Part shown: positions 19,307 to 30,114 of the stretch, piece after piece
How positions within the stretch are numbered: the stretch's first letter is position 1
Layout: each line of letters begins with the position of its first letter
From: Acidimicrobiia bacterium
GTDB lineage: Bacteria > Actinomycetota > Acidimicrobiia > Spongiisociales > UBA11373
Assembly (NCBI GenBank): GCA_040878325.1
Contig: JBBDMM010000018.1
Span: 83,083 to 147,082, forward strand
Length of the DNA stretch: 64,000 bases
Reading direction: 5' to 3'
Program-made: the position numbers and the translations under genes
The notes under the pieces: model-generated
What the model saw: only the letters and a program-made list of their open reading frames with translations
Database searches by the model: none
What the model was told of the DNA's origin: nothing

Positions 19307-19652
19307 GTTCGTCAAGATCGGATCGCCAGTCGTCTTCCATTCCCCCACCTCACGCAACAGAGGTCAAGACCGATTTGCCACCCATCGCCCTCCGGTGGCG
19401 AGGACTCGGAAGTTGGCCTCGCTGAGGATGTCGATCGTCTGCTCCCTGACGCGTTCCCACGTGTGCCGCAGGGTGCCGCCGACCTCCAGCGATCATCCCT
19501 CGCCGAGTCGGTCGCCGAGGTCTGAAAGCGCTCCCCGGAGAGTCCCCCTTGCGGGAGGCGGGAGGCGTGGCCATGGCCCAAGGCGGCCGGGAGCCGCCAG
19601 AAGGCGGAAGGCCCTCTTGCTGGAGACTGGAGACTTCCTATCCTCGCCTCTC

Positions 19653-21365
19653 ATGCGATGGTCACGCGCCTTCATTCCCACGCTTCGGGAGGATCCGACC
19701 GACGCCGAGTCGGCCAATCACCGGTTGCTGGTGCGCGGCGGCTTCATTCGGCGGCTGATGGCGGGGTCGTGGTCGCTGTTGCCGCTCGGCAAGCGGGTCG
19801 CCGACAAGGTGGAGCGGATCATCCGCGAGGAGATGAATCGCATCGGCGGCCAGGAGATGCTGCTCCCGGTGGTACACCCCGCCGATCCCTGGAAGAAGAC
19901 CGGCCGCTGGGACGACGTCGAGGGCATCGTGGTGAAGTTCCAGGATCGCAAGGAGAGCGATCTGCTCCTGGCGATCACCCACGAGGAGATCTTCACGCTG
20001 ATCGCCGCGGAGCTCTCGTCGTACCGGCAGCTCCCGCAGCTCTGGTACCACCTGCAGACCAAGTTCCGTGACGAGCCCCGGCCCAGGGGAGGCCTCCTCC
20101 GGGTACGCGAATTCACCATGAAGGATTCGTACTCCTTCGATGTCGACCGGGCGGGCCTCGACGTGCAATTCGAGGCGCACCGCGGTGCCTACTCGAGGAT
20201 CTTCGAGCGTCTCGGGCTGGAGGTGATCCCGGTGCAAGCCTCGTCGGGGACGATGGGCGGCAAGGAGTCGGTCGAGTTCATGGTGGAGAGCGAGGCCGGC
20301 GAGGACGACATCGTGGTGTGCCCCAACTGCGGGTACGCCGCCAACACCGAACGGGCCACATCGGGGGCCCCGCCCGTCGAGGACGAGCCGTGGGAGGGTG
20401 AGCCGGCGGAGTTCGATACCCCGGGGATCCGGACTATCGCAGCCCTGGCCGACGCCTTCGACTTCGCCTCCCCCGAGCAGCAGATCAAGACGCTTGCCTA
20501 CGTCGTCGGGGGCGAGCTGACGCTGATCCTGCTTCCCGGGCACCACGAGTTGATGGAACAGAAGCTGATCGACGGCCTGGGGACGTTCGATCTCCGTCCC
20601 GCCCACGACGACGAGATCGTCGCCGCCCTCGGTGCCCACCCCGGCAGCCTGGGTGCTGTTGGAGTCCGCCACCTCCGGGTTATCGCCGACCCGGCACTGC
20701 GGGGACGCTTCAACATGGTGACCGGGGCCAACCGAGACGACTGGCACCTGCGCGGCGTAGACGTGGAGCGGGACATTGCAGTCGACCAGTGGCTCGGCGT
20801 ACGGCTCACGAAGCTCGGGGACCCATGCATTGAGTGCGGGTCGCCCGTGCAGGTGCTCCGTTCCATCGAGGTGGGCCACATCTTCAAACTCGGCACCAAG
20901 TACGCCGAGGCGCTCGGGGCGCGCGTTGTCGACGAGCAGGGCGAGGAGCGCGTCATCTGGATGGGGTCGTACGGCATCGGCGTCGGCCGCAGCGTGGCGG
21001 CGATCGTCGAATCGTCTTTCGACGACAAGGGGATCGTCTGGCCGACGGCGATGGCCCCGTACGAGGCGGTGGTGACCGTGATCAAGATGGACGACGTCCC
21101 CACCGTGGCGGCGGCAGATGCGATCTATCAGGGGTTGGGGGACGCGGGCATCGATGTGATCATCGACGACCGTGAGGAACGGCCCGGGGTGAAATTCGCC
21201 GACGCAGAACTGATCGGCATCCCGTATCGTGTGACCGTCGGCCCCAAGGGCCTGGCCTCCGGAACGGTGGAGATCACCCGACGGAGGGACGGTGTCACCG
21301 AGTCGGTGCCCGTCGACCAGGCCGTGGCGACGGTGGCCAAGGCGGTCCTGGCGGAGCGACGCTGA
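19653..21365 (+). CDS. proS: Proline--tRNA ligase (bacterial type with editing domain)
   Basis: MRWSRAFIPTLREDPTDAESANHRLLVRGGFIRRL...; class II motifs. The ORF-track start at 19101 is an upstream extension across the divergent spacer. Confidence 0.9.
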   Translation: MRWSRAFIPTLREDPTDAESANHRLLVRGGFIRRLMAGSWSLLPLGKRVADKVERIIREEMNRIGGQEMLLPVVHPADPWKKTGRWDDVEGIVVKFQDRKESDLLLAITHEEIFTLIAAELSSYRQLPQLWYHLQTKFRDEPRPRGGLLRVREFTMKDSYSFDVDRAGLDVQFEAHRGAYSRIFERLGLEVIPVQASSGTMGGKESVEFMVESEAGEDDIVVCPNCGYAANTERATSGAPPVEDEPWEGEPAEFDTPGIRTIAALADAFDFASPEQQIKTLAYVVGGELTLILLPGHHELMEQKLIDGLGTFDLRPAHDDEIVAALGAHPGSLGAVGVRHLRVIADPALRGRFNMVTGANRDDWHLRGVDVERDIAVDQWLGVRLTKLGDPCIECGSPVQVLRSIEVGHIFKLGTKYAEALGARVVDEQGEERVIWMGSYGIGVGRSVAAIVESSFDDKGIVWPTAMAPYEAVVTVIKMDDVPTVAAADAIYQGLGDAGIDVIIDDREERPGVKFADAELIGIPYRVTVGPKGLASGTVEITRRRDGVTESVPVDQAVATVAKAVLAERR

Positions 21366-21459
21366 CGGCTTCCTCGAACCGAGAACCTCTCAAATTCGTG
21401 GCGTTTTCTGGGGAAAACCGCCTGGTATACTCACGCGTCAAGCGAGAGGACGCGTAGAG

Positions 21460-21488
21460 GTGGGTCTTCCGAACCCACTTCTCTTTTT
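21460..21488 (+). terminator. Rho-independent terminator-like hairpin plus T-tract (gtgggt cttccga acccac ttctcttttt), between proS and rimP
   Basis: 6-bp GC stem, 7-nt loop, T-rich tail. It lies 15 nt upstream of the rimP RBS. Confidence 0.5.
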
Positions 21489-21503
21489 GTGAGGAGTCGA
21501 CGG

Positions 21504-21995
21504 ATGGTCGAGGCGGATGGCCGGCTCTGGGAGACCCTGGAGCCGTTTCTCGTTGCGGAGGGAGCAGAGCTCGACGACGTCGAGCTGCTCGGCCGCGGCG
21601 CGGGCCGCATCGTCCGGGTGACCGTCGACGCCGCAGGCGGCATCGGCGTCGATCGTCTCGCCGACCTCTCGAAGGGCCTTTCCCGCCTCCTCGACGAAGA
21701 AGAGGTTCTCGACGGCCCGTACACCCTCGAGGTCAGCTCTCCCGGGCTCGAGCGCCGCCTCCGCCGTCCGGCTCATTTCGGCAAGGCCATCGGACGCGAG
21801 GTCATCATCAAGACCCGCGAGCCCATCGAGGGCGCCCAGAGCCATCGGGGGATTCTGAACGCGGTCGTGGACGACTCGGTAGCCGTCGCTGTCGACGGCC
21901 GGGATGTCCGCATCCCTCTCTCCGAGGTCGCACAGGCGAAGACCGTCTTTCGGTGGGAGAAGCCTGCCAAGCCCGGCAAACGAGGTGCGGCATGA
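21504..21995 (+). CDS. rimP: Ribosome maturation factor RimP
   Basis: MVEADGRLWETLEPFLVAEGAELDDVELL...YTLEVSSPGLERRL. GAGGAG RBS. Confidence 0.85.
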   Translation: MVEADGRLWETLEPFLVAEGAELDDVELLGRGAGRIVRVTVDAAGGIGVDRLADLSKGLSRLLDEEEVLDGPYTLEVSSPGLERRLRRPAHFGKAIGREVIIKTREPIEGAQSHRGILNAVVDDSVAVAVDGRDVRIPLSEVAQAKTVFRWEKPAKPGKRGAA

Positions 21996-23185
21996 ACGAG
22001 AATTTCATGGAAGAACTCGACCTTCTCGAGCGCGAGAAGGGCGTGCCCAAGGAGATGATCCTCGACGCCCTGGCCAACGCCCTCGTATCGGCCTACAAGC
22101 GGAGCCCGGGAGCGGCTGAAGAGGCGCGGGTGACCATCGACCAGGACTCGGGCGAGATCACCGTGTATGGCCAGGAACTCGACGAAGACGGCAACGTCAC
22201 CCGTGAGTGGGAAGACACCCCCAGCGACTTCGGCCGCATCGGCGCCCAGACCGCCAAGCAGGTCATCCTGCAGCGGCTGCGCGACGCCAAGCGAGCCCAG
22301 GTGTTCGACATATACGAGGGCCGTGAAGGCGACCTGGTGACCGGGATCGTCCAGCAGTCCGACCATCGCACCGTGATCCTCGACCTCGGCAATGCCGAAG
22401 CCGTGATGCCCGCGGGCGAGCGCATCGCTTACGAACGGCTCGAGCGGGGTGCCCGGGTGAAGGCCCTCATCCTCGAGGTGCGAGCCGAGCCCAAGGGCCC
22501 GCAGATCGTGGTCAGCCGCAGCCACCCCGACTTCATCAGGAGGCTCTTCGAGCTCGAAGTGCCCGAGTTGGTCGAAGGCACCATCGAGATCAGGGCGATT
22601 GCTCGCGATGCCGGCCATCGCACCAAGATCGCGGTCGCATCGAACGATTCCAACGTCGATCCGGTCGGCGCATGCGTCGGTGCTCGCGGATCCCGGGTTC
22701 GTCAGGTGGTCAACGAGCTGCGTGGCGAGAAGGTCGACATCGTGGAGTGGCGTGAGGACGTCAAGCAGTTCATTGCCGAAGCCCTGAGCCCCGCCAAGGT
22801 GCGCTCGGTGACCCTCGACGACGAGGCGATGGAGGCCATCGTGGTGGTGCCCGACCACCAGCTGTCGCTCGCCATCGGCAAGGAGGGCCAGAACGCTCGC
22901 CTCGCCGCCCGGCTCAGCGGCTACCGCATCGACATTCGCCCCGAGAACGAGCCCGAGCCCGAAATCGCCCCCGCCGCAGCCCCCGCGGAAGAGGCCCCTG
23001 CAGCCGCAGCCGCCGAGACACCCGAAGCCGCCGACGAAGTCGAGGCCGCGGTGGCCGCAGCCGGCGAGGAAGCCGCCGACTCGGACGACTCGGACGACTC
23101 AGATGAAGTCGACTCCGACCCGTCTTCCGACGACGAACCCGCCGCATCGTCCGACGAGGACGAGGAGCCGGCGCCCGGGGCCTGA
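21992..23185 (+). CDS. nusA: Transcription termination/antitermination factor NusA (acidic C-terminal tail)
   Basis: MNENFMEELDLLEREKGVPKEMILDAL...; S1, KH domains. ATG overlaps the rimP stop. Confidence 0.9.
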   Translation: MNENFMEELDLLEREKGVPKEMILDALANALVSAYKRSPGAAEEARVTIDQDSGEITVYGQELDEDGNVTREWEDTPSDFGRIGAQTAKQVILQRLRDAKRAQVFDIYEGREGDLVTGIVQQSDHRTVILDLGNAEAVMPAGERIAYERLERGARVKALILEVRAEPKGPQIVVSRSHPDFIRRLFELEVPELVEGTIEIRAIARDAGHRTKIAVASNDSNVDPVGACVGARGSRVRQVVNELRGEKVDIVEWREDVKQFIAEALSPAKVRSVTLDDEAMEAIVVVPDHQLSLAIGKEGQNARLAARLSGYRIDIRPENEPEPEIAPAAAPAEEAPAAAAAETPEAADEVEAAVAAAGEEAADSDDSDDSDEVDSDPSSDDEPAASSDEDEEPAPGA

Positions 23186-23227
23186 CCCCGTGCGTGGCAC
23201 AATGACGAAGACCCCCGGAGGCTGATC

Positions 23228-25363
23228 ATGCGCGTCTACGAACTTGCCCGTGACCTGGGCATGGAATCGAAGGATGTGCTGGCGCGCGTCCATGAGTTGG
23301 GCGTCGATGCCAAGACCGCTTCGTCCGGCATTTCCGACGACGATGCCGCACTCGTCAGACTCTCCTACGAAGAGGAGAAGGCGGCAACTGCGGCACCTGC
23401 CGCGCCCGCTGCTCCCACCCCCGCCGCCGAACCCGCCGCGGTGACCCTCGAGGTGGTCGTCGACGAAGACGACGACGATGACGTCGATGAGGACGGTGCC
23501 GAGGACGGCGATGGCGACGGCCCCGAGATGCGGGCAAAGTCCGGCAAGCGCAAGGGGCGGCTGGTCGGCGACGACGGCCCCGCGCCGCGCCGGCCGGTGA
23601 CCGTGCGCGAAGGCATCACCGTCCAGGAGTTCTCCGACCTCACCCGCCGCCCGGTAGGGATCGTGGTTCGGGAACTGATCACCCGCGGCCTGATGGCTGG
23701 CGCCACCCAGCCGATCCCTGTCGAGATGCTCGAAGTGGTGGGGGAGGCCCTGGGTTACGACGTGACCGTGGAGAAGGCCGTTGCCCCGGCCGTCGTCCCG
23801 GATGAGCCGTTGGTGCGTCCCAAGCGCGAATTCGCCGACGATCCCGCCACCCTGAAGCTGCGTCCCCCGGTCGTCACCGTGATGGGCCACGTCGACCACG
23901 GCAAGACCCAGCTGCTCGACACCATCCGGCGCACCAACGTCGTCGCCGGCGAGGCAGGCCGCATCACCCAGCACATCGGCGCCTATCAGGCAGGCATCGG
24001 CGACAAGAAGATCACCTTCATCGACACTCCCGGCCACGAGGCGTTCACCTCGCTGCGTGCCCGTGGGGCGGAAGTGACCGACGTCGTCGTTCTCGTGGTC
24101 GGTGCCGACGATGGCGTCATGCCGCAGACGGTGGAGGCGATCAGCCACGCCAAGGCCGCCGGGGTGCCGATCGTGATCGCCATAAACAAGATGGACCTCC
24201 CCGGCGCCGATCCCGCCACGGTCCGGGCCCAGCTCACCGAGCACGGCATCATCGTCGAAGGCCTCGGCGGCGACGTCATCAGTGCTGAGGTCTCCGCCCT
24301 CACCGGCCAGGGCATCGAGCAGCTGCTCGAGTACCTCGGCCTCATCGCCGAGATCGAAGAATTCTCGGCGAACCCGGATGCTCCGGCCTCCGGCACGGTC
24401 ATCGAGTCCCAGCTCGAAAAGGGTCGGGGTCCGGTGACCACCCTCATCGTGCAGCGCGGCACCCTCAATCGGGGTGATGCCATCGTCGCCGGAGCGGTCT
24501 CCGGGCGGGTGCGGGCGATGTTCGATCATGCCGGCGAGCAGATCGAAACCGCCGGGCCGAGCACTCCTGTGGTCGTCATGGGATGGGACGACGTCCCCCA
24601 GGCAGGAGACTTCTTCGAGGCAGTCGCCGATGACAAGACCGCACGGGCGATGGCCGCCGATCGGGAAACGGCGACGCGCGACCGAGATCTGTTCGTGCCC
24701 ACGGCGGCCGCTCGCCTCAGCCAGTTGCTCGACGACCTCCGTACCGCCGACGACGCCGAGTTGCCGATCATCGTGAAGGCCGATGCCCATGGGTCGCTCG
24801 AGGCGATCCGGGATTCGGTTGCCAAGATCGGCCGCGAAGGCGGGTCCATTTCGATCATCCACGCCGCAGTCGGCGGCATCACCGAGACCGACGTCCTTCT
24901 TGCGGAGACCACCAACGCCATCGTGTTCGGCTTCAACGTGCGCCCCGACGCCAACTCCCGCAAGGCGGCAGAGGCGGCCGGGGTCGAGGTCCGGACCTAC
25001 CGGATCATCTACGAACTGCTCGACGACATCGAAGCGATCCTCGTGGGGCGCCTCGCCCCCGACGAGGTCGAGCGTGTCACCGGTTCTGCCGAAGTTCGGG
25101 CAACCTTCCGGGCGCCGCGCTTCGGCACCATCGCCGGCTCGTATGTCACCGAGGGCGAGATCACCCGCGGTTCCAAGGTGCGGCTGGTACGTAACGGCGT
25201 CGTCGTATACGACGGCGTCATCGCCTCCCTCCGGCGCTTCAAGGACGACGTCCGCTCGGTCGCCTCCGGCTTCGAATGCGGTATCGCCCTGGAGAACTTC
25301 CGCGACGTAAAGGAAGGCGACGTGATGGAGACGTACGAGGTGCGAGAGGTAGCGCGGACGTAG
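23228..25363 (+). CDS. infB: Translation initiation factor IF-2
   Basis: [18 protein letters not shown]...[14 protein letters not shown]... Confidence 0.9.
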   Translation: MRVYELARDLGMESKDVLARVHELGVDAKTASSGISDDDAALVRLSYEEEKAATAAPAAPAAPTPAAEPAAVTLEVVVDEDDDDDVDEDGAEDGDGDGPEMRAKSGKRKGRLVGDDGPAPRRPVTVREGITVQEFSDLTRRPVGIVVRELITRGLMAGATQPIPVEMLEVVGEALGYDVTVEKAVAPAVVPDEPLVRPKREFADDPATLKLRPPVVTVMGHVDHGKTQLLDTIRRTNVVAGEAGRITQHIGAYQAGIGDKKITFIDTPGHEAFTSLRARGAEVTDVVVLVVGADDGVMPQTVEAISHAKAAGVPIVIAINKMDLPGADPATVRAQLTEHGIIVEGLGGDVISAEVSALTGQGIEQLLEYLGLIAEIEEFSANPDAPASGTVIESQLEKGRGPVTTLIVQRGTLNRGDAIVAGAVSGRVRAMFDHAGEQIETAGPSTPVVVMGWDDVPQAGDFFEAVADDKTARAMAADRETATRDRDLFVPTAAARLSQLLDDLRTADDAELPIIVKADAHGSLEAIRDSVAKIGREGGSISIIHAAVGGITETDVLLAETTNAIVFGFNVRPDANSRKAAEAAGVEVRTYRIIYELLDDIEAILVGRLAPDEVERVTGSAEVRATFRAPRFGTIAGSYVTEGEITRGSKVRLVRNGVVVYDGVIASLRRFKDDVRSVASGFECGIALENFRDVKEGDVMETYEVREVART

Positions 25364-25383
25364 GGACGCCACCAGCCTCCCAC

Positions 25384-25472
25384 AAGAGCGTCCTCCCCCG
25401 GCTTCCGGGGGAGGTGCCGAAGCGAAGCGAGGCGGAGGGGGCAGCGGAGACAGCGTGCGGTCCGACGACGGA
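25384..25472. repeat. Copy 2 of the ~95-nt GC-rich hairpin element (+ orientation), 3' of infB
   Basis: aagagcgtcctcccccggcttccgggggaggtgccgaagcgaagcgaggcggagggggcagcggagacagcgtgcggtccgacgacgg aligns to the 570 and 35752 copies. Confidence 0.55.
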
Positions 25473-25575
25473 GCCTTCTCCAGGAACCGGGACAGTCCTG
25501 CTCGCACCGATTGACTTTCTGGCGAATCGCCAATCGCCAATTGCCTTTCGCGCCGAGCAAAGCGAGGCTTCTTCC

Positions 25576-25863
25576 ATGCACGCCGCCGCTCTCCGCATCG
25601 AGATCCGTCTGTCTGACGTTCATTCGCTCAAGGGGAAGCGGGCGATCTTGCGGCCGGTGATTCGGCGGCTGCGGGCGATGGAGTTGTCGGTGAGCGAGGT
25701 GGATCACCAGGACACCTGGCAACGCGCCACACTGGGGGTGGCCGTTATCGCCCCGCAGGCGGGGCGGCTCGACGAGGTGGTGGCGACCGTGCAGCGCTCG
25801 CTCCTGGAGGATCCGACGATCGAGGTCATCGAAGTGGACGTGACGCACATGGAGATTCCGTGA
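25576..25863 (+). CDS. DUF503 family protein (YlxP-like, between infB and rbfA)
   Basis: MHAAALRIEIRLSDVHSLKGKRAILRPVI...; conserved position in the nusA-infB operon. Confidence 0.8.
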   Translation: MHAAALRIEIRLSDVHSLKGKRAILRPVIRRLRAMELSVSEVDHQDTWQRATLGVAVIAPQAGRLDEVVATVQRSLLEDPTIEVIEVDVTHMEIP

Positions 25864-26240
25864 CCCGCGGCGGCCCGCGTATGAGGCGCGTCAACGAGCT
25901 CCTGCGAGAGGTGATCGCCGATGAGGTGGCCCGCCTCAAGGATCCCGGTCTCGGGTTCGTCACCATCACCGGGGTCGACACCTCGCCCGACCTGCGCGCG
26001 GCCCGGGTCTACTATTCGGTGCTCGGCGACGCCGGCCAGCAGAAGGAGACTGCCGCCGCCCTGGAGAGGGCTTCGTCGCGAATCCGGGCCGCTACCGGCG
26101 GCCAGGTGCGCATGAAGTACCTGCCGAGGATCGAGTTCGAGTTGGACGAGTCGATCGAGCGCGGCGTCCGAATGGAGGCGCTCTTTCGTCAACTGGGAGA
26201 GGAGGAGTCCGATGAAGGAAGCCCTGCGGAAGGCGGCTGA
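25860..26240 (+). CDS. rbfA: Ribosome-binding factor A
   Basis: RRVNELLREVIADEVARLKDPGLGFVTITGVDTSPDLRAARVYYSV. The start is GTG 25860 (GTGA overlap) or ATG 25881. Confidence 0.85.
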   Translation: MTRGGPRMRRVNELLREVIADEVARLKDPGLGFVTITGVDTSPDLRAARVYYSVLGDAGQQKETAAALERASSRIRAATGGQVRMKYLPRIEFELDESIERGVRMEALFRQLGEEESDEGSPAEGG

Positions 26241-27168
26241 AGTCATCGAGGCCGCCGACACGCTGGCGATCTCCTGCCATGTGTCTCCCGACGGCGACGC
26301 CCTCGGTTCTGCCCTCGGGCTCGCCCATGCGGCGATCGCCGCCGGCAAGGGCGCGGTGGTGTCCTTCGGTACCCCCTTCGTGGTACCTCCGTCGCTCGGC
26401 TTCCTCGACGGCTCTCCGTTGGTGAAGCCCAAGGACTTCCCCGAGGAACCAGCGGTCATGGTGGTCTTCGATGTGGGGTCCTTCGACCGCCTGGTAGAGC
26501 TCGGATCCTCGGCGAAGCGGGCCGGCACTTTGATCGTGGTCGACCACCACGTGACCAACCAGGGTTTCGGCGACGTGCAGATCATCGACGGGTCGGTGGC
26601 GGCATCGGGCCAGTTGGCGGTCTACCTCCTCGACGAATTGGGATGGACGATCGATGAGAAGGTGGCGACCTGTCTGCTCACGGCCATCGTCACCGATACC
26701 GGCCGCTTTCAGTACTCCTCCACCTCCCCCGAGACCCTGCGGGTGGCCGCCCGGTTGGTCGAGGCGGGGGCCCGTCCCGAGATGATCGGACAGCACGTCT
26801 ACGAGTCGGTGGCGTTCGGATACCTGAAGGCGTCGTCCCTGGTGCTCGGGCGGGCCGAGCTCGACGAAGACCTTGCCATGGTGTGGTCGTGGGTGGGCCA
26901 CCAGGACCTGTCCAGCTCGGGCGCCCGCTATGAGGACCTCGACGGCCTGATCGACGACATCCGGATCGCCCGAGAGGCCGAGGTGGCGGTGCTCCTCAAA
27001 GAGGTCGACAAGGGGTGGAAGGTGAGCATGCGGTCCCGCGGCGGGGTCGACGTCGGCTCCATCGCGGTGGCCCACGGCGGTGGCGGCCATCACAACGCCT
27101 CGGGTTTCACGGCCACCGGCACCGTCGACGAGATAGTCGAGGCGATCCGGGCGCAACTTCGTGGTTGA
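26212..27168 (+). CDS. nrnA: DHH/DHHA1 family phosphoesterase (NrnA-type bifunctional oligoribonuclease/pAp phosphatase)
   Basis: ISCHVSPDGDALGS, DHH at VVDHH, and a C-terminal GGGH motif. Confidence 0.8.
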   Translation: MKEALRKAAEVIEAADTLAISCHVSPDGDALGSALGLAHAAIAAGKGAVVSFGTPFVVPPSLGFLDGSPLVKPKDFPEEPAVMVVFDVGSFDRLVELGSSAKRAGTLIVVDHHVTNQGFGDVQIIDGSVAASGQLAVYLLDELGWTIDEKVATCLLTAIVTDTGRFQYSSTSPETLRVAARLVEAGARPEMIGQHVYESVAFGYLKASSLVLGRAELDEDLAMVWSWVGHQDLSSSGARYEDLDGLIDDIRIAREAEVAVLLKEVDKGWKVSMRSRGGVDVGSIAVAHGGGGHHNASGFTATGTVDEIVEAIRAQLRG

Positions 27169-28048
27169 CGGGTTTCTCCTCGTCGACAAACCGACGGGAT
27201 GGACCTCGCACGATGTCGTTGCCCGGGCGCGGTCGTTGCTCAGGGAGCGCAAGATCGGTCATGCGGGCACGCTCGACCCGATGGCCACCGGCCTCCTGGT
27301 GCTGGGGGTCGGCCGGGCTACCCGGCTGATTCGTTTCGCCCAGGAGGGCGTCAAGGTCTACGAGGCCACTGCCCTGTTCGGAGTGGCCACCGACACCCTC
27401 GACGCCGATGGGGGGATTCTGTCGCGCGACGAGATGCATGTCACCGAGGACGAGGTTCGCGTCGCGGTCAAGCGCTTCATCGGGCGGATCCCGCAAGTGC
27501 CTCCGATGGTCTCGGCCAAGAAGGTCGATGGCCGTCGGCTGTACGAAATGGCGCGGGTGGGGCTCGAGGTCGAGCGCGAGCCGGTGATGGTGCAAATCCA
27601 CGATATCGAGGTGCTCGACGTGTCGCCGGGGCCATACCCCGAGGTCGAATTGCGGGTCCGGTGCGGCACCGGAACCTATGTGAGGACTCTGGCCGACGAC
27701 ATTGCCGCCGCGCTCGGCGGGCGGGCGCACCTGACGGCGCTCCGCCGAACCTCCACCGGCTCGCTTTCGGTGGACGATGCCCACACGATCGAGCAACTGG
27801 CCGCTGCGGCCGACGGCGGCAGCATCGCCGACCTGGTCATGCCGTCTGCCGAGGCCCTTTGCGATCTGCCCGCGGTGACCGTTGCCTCCGACACTGCGGT
27901 CGCGGTCGGCCACGGGTCGGTCTTCCCGGCGGCGGCGCTGGGAATCGACCAGGCGGGGCATCACCGCATCCTCGACGGCAGCGGCAACCTGCTGGCGGTT
28001 TACCAGTCCGACGGCCGCCGCGCCTCGCCAGAGGTGGTGCTGGCGTGA
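27161..28048 (+). CDS. truB: tRNA pseudouridine(55) synthase
   Basis: GFLLVDKPTGWTSHDVVARAR...GHAGTLDPMATGLLVL. Confidence 0.9.
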   Translation: MVDGFLLVDKPTGWTSHDVVARARSLLRERKIGHAGTLDPMATGLLVLGVGRATRLIRFAQEGVKVYEATALFGVATDTLDADGGILSRDEMHVTEDEVRVAVKRFIGRIPQVPPMVSAKKVDGRRLYEMARVGLEVEREPVMVQIHDIEVLDVSPGPYPEVELRVRCGTGTYVRTLADDIAAALGGRAHLTALRRTSTGSLSVDDAHTIEQLAAAADGGSIADLVMPSAEALCDLPAVTVASDTAVAVGHGSVFPAAALGIDQAGHHRILDGSGNLLAVYQSDGRRASPEVVLA

Positions 28049-28971
28049 AGGTGCTTCGCGGCGATCCGGCGGGATGGATTTTGGGGGCGGGTCGCGGTGC
28101 GTTCGCGGTGGGGGTGTTCGATGGGGTCCACCTCGGGCATCGCCACATCCTGTCGGTGCTCCGCGATCGCGCGGCGGAGACGGGTCTCACCCCGAAGGTG
28201 CTGACATTCGAGCCGCACCCGTTGAGGATCGTCGCCCCCGATCACGCTCCGGCGATGCTCACCGGCATCGACCATCGGCTCGAGCTGCTGGCGGCACTCG
28301 GGGTGGAGGTGACCGCGGTTCTCGAGTTCGACGAGAAGGTGCGGGAGTGGACCCCGGCCAGGTTCCTTGCCGAGACGCTGGCCGGGCCGCTGGCGGCAGA
28401 ACTGGTGGTGGTGGGCGAGGACTTCCGGTTTGGCAAGGACCGCATCGGGGATGTCGCCATGCTCGGCGAGCTGGGGAGCCGGCTGGGTCTGAAGTCCGAA
28501 GTCGTGTCGTTGGTCGGCGGCGACACGCCGGTTTCGTCGACCCGGATTCGGGAGATGATCATCGCCGGCGACGTCAGCGGCGCGGCGGTGTCACTCGCCC
28601 GGCCCCATGAGCTCTGGGGGGAGGTGGTGCCGGGTGATGGGCGGGGCCGCACCATCGGGATCCCGACCGCCAACCTGGCGGTGCCACCGGAGATGGCGAT
28701 CCCGCAACGGGGGGTATACGCCGTGACCGTCGGCCGCCACGCCGACGAGGCGTTGCCTGCGGTCGCCAACGTCGGGGTCCGACCCACCTTCGGCGGGGAG
28801 GTCGAGACCATCGAAGCCCACCTGTTCGACTTCGATGCCGACCTCTACGGCCAACACCTGCGGGTGCGTTTCATCGATCGGATCCGCGGCGAGCAGAAGT
28901 TCGAGAGTGCCGAGGCACTCGTCCAGCAGATCGGCCGCGACATCGAGTGGGCCCGTCACCTGCTCACCTGA
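28045..28971 (+). CDS. ribF: Bifunctional riboflavin kinase / FMN adenylyltransferase
   Basis: AVGVFDGVHLGHRHIL...GRTIGIPTANL. GTG overlaps the truB stop. Confidence 0.9.
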   Translation: MKVLRGDPAGWILGAGRGAFAVGVFDGVHLGHRHILSVLRDRAAETGLTPKVLTFEPHPLRIVAPDHAPAMLTGIDHRLELLAALGVEVTAVLEFDEKVREWTPARFLAETLAGPLAAELVVVGEDFRFGKDRIGDVAMLGELGSRLGLKSEVVSLVGGDTPVSSTRIREMIIAGDVSGAAVSLARPHELWGEVVPGDGRGRTIGIPTANLAVPPEMAIPQRGVYAVTVGRHADEALPAVANVGVRPTFGGEVETIEAHLFDFDADLYGQHLRVRFIDRIRGEQKFESAEALVQQIGRDIEWARHLLT

Positions 28972-28992
28972 ACCGCCTTCGAGTCGCCCCCC

Positions 28993-30099
28993 TTGACTGG
29001 AGTGGTGTGGCGGGGCACCCTGCCCTCCCCGCCCTTCCCCGGAAGGGGCACCGTGGTCTCTTTGCTGGTGGCCTCCCTGTGGCTGGGTGGCCTGGGTCTC
29101 ACCGAGGGGGAGCAGCCGGTGGTGCCGACCGACACCAGGCCCCCGGCGGAGGAGCCGGCGGTGCCCGCCGGCGACCGTCCAACGAACCCCATCGTTCCCG
29201 CCGCCATCGGGATGGGGGCGATGCTCGGCCTGTTGCTTTCCCGGCGGGAGGGGCCGGGGGCGGCCCTGATGCTGGAGGCACCCGAGGAGAACCTCGTGGT
29301 CTTCGTCCCGGGTCACGGTCACGGTCCGGGCCAGCAGGTGTTCGACGACCTGGTCGACCTGATGGGGATCGACCCCGAGGACGCCCGCTTCTTCGACTAC
29401 CGGCTCGCCGGAGGATGGCCAGATGCAGAGATGGCGTCGCAGCACCTCCCTGTCAGAGACGCCGCCTCGTCCCTCAACTCGTATCTCGATGCGGTGGCTG
29501 AAGAGGGGCGGCCGATCTACCTGGTCGGGTTCAGCAAGGGAGGCGCCACCGTCGCCCACTTGATCGCCGCCTGGGACGACGGGGCGTATGGGCCGAATGA
29601 TTCGGTCACCGGCGCCGCCCTGCTCGACCCCCCGCTGGCGGCGGGATCGCTCGGCTGGGCGCAGAGCGCCGGGCGTTTCTGGGGATCGGTCCCCGACGAC
29701 GGAGGCTACGACCCGGTGCGCTGCGACTTCATCTGGGTCGGGTGCGAGGACGCCCGGGACAACCTCGGCGACGCATCCGGGGTCGACGTGGTGGTCGTTC
29801 GTAATCCCCGCGCGGGGGTGACGTCCTTCTCGGACTTTCCCGAGGCGCTGCGCATCTACAACGCCGTCGACGAGGGGCCAGGGCTCTGGGACCAGCTGTG
29901 GCGCAACCCGTTCGGCCTGCCAGCCCGGATCTCCCAGGCGCATCATGCCGTTCTCGACGACCCGGAGGTGGCCCGGTGCCTGGTCGCAGAGATGTGGGAC
30001 CCCGGATCGTGCGAACTACCCCGCCACGAGCCCTTCCGCTACCCGGTCTGGCGCCAGCCAGTAGCCGCGCGAGCCCATCGAGGGATATGGCCGATCTAG
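28993..30099 (+). CDS. Secreted/membrane-anchored alpha/beta-hydrolase-fold protein (lipase/esterase-like, GFSKGG nucleophile elbow)
   Basis: N-terminal hydrophobic segment [15 protein letters not shown], and a GxSxG motif. An alternative GTG start at 29053 lies just after a small hairpin. Confidence 0.55.
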   Translation: MTGVVWRGTLPSPPFPGRGTVVSLLVASLWLGGLGLTEGEQPVVPTDTRPPAEEPAVPAGDRPTNPIVPAAIGMGAMLGLLLSRREGPGAALMLEAPEENLVVFVPGHGHGPGQQVFDDLVDLMGIDPEDARFFDYRLAGGWPDAEMASQHLPVRDAASSLNSYLDAVAEEGRPIYLVGFSKGGATVAHLIAAWDDGAYGPNDSVTGAALLDPPLAAGSLGWAQSAGRFWGSVPDDGGYDPVRCDFIWVGCEDARDNLGDASGVDVVVVRNPRAGVTSFSDFPEALRIYNAVDEGPGLWDQLWRNPFGLPARISQAHHAVLDDPEVARCLVAEMWDPGSCELPRHEPFRYPVWRQPVAARAHRGIWPI

Positions 30100-30114
30100 G
30101 TGCAGGCTCGCCTT

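Noticed and set aside
17261-19525. 754-aa + strand ORF spanning the dsrE-tusA-cysM region
   Set aside because: It is a shadow ORF opposite three well-supported - strand genes. It has extreme Gly/Arg/Pro composition and no domain resemblance, which is typical of stop-poor antisense frames in about 70% GC DNA.
19312-19717. Three overlapping 74-89-aa - strand ORFs in the cysM-proS spacer
   Set aside because: They are mutually overlapping Arg/Gly-rich frames in a regulatory spacer. They are better explained as leader or promoter sequence.
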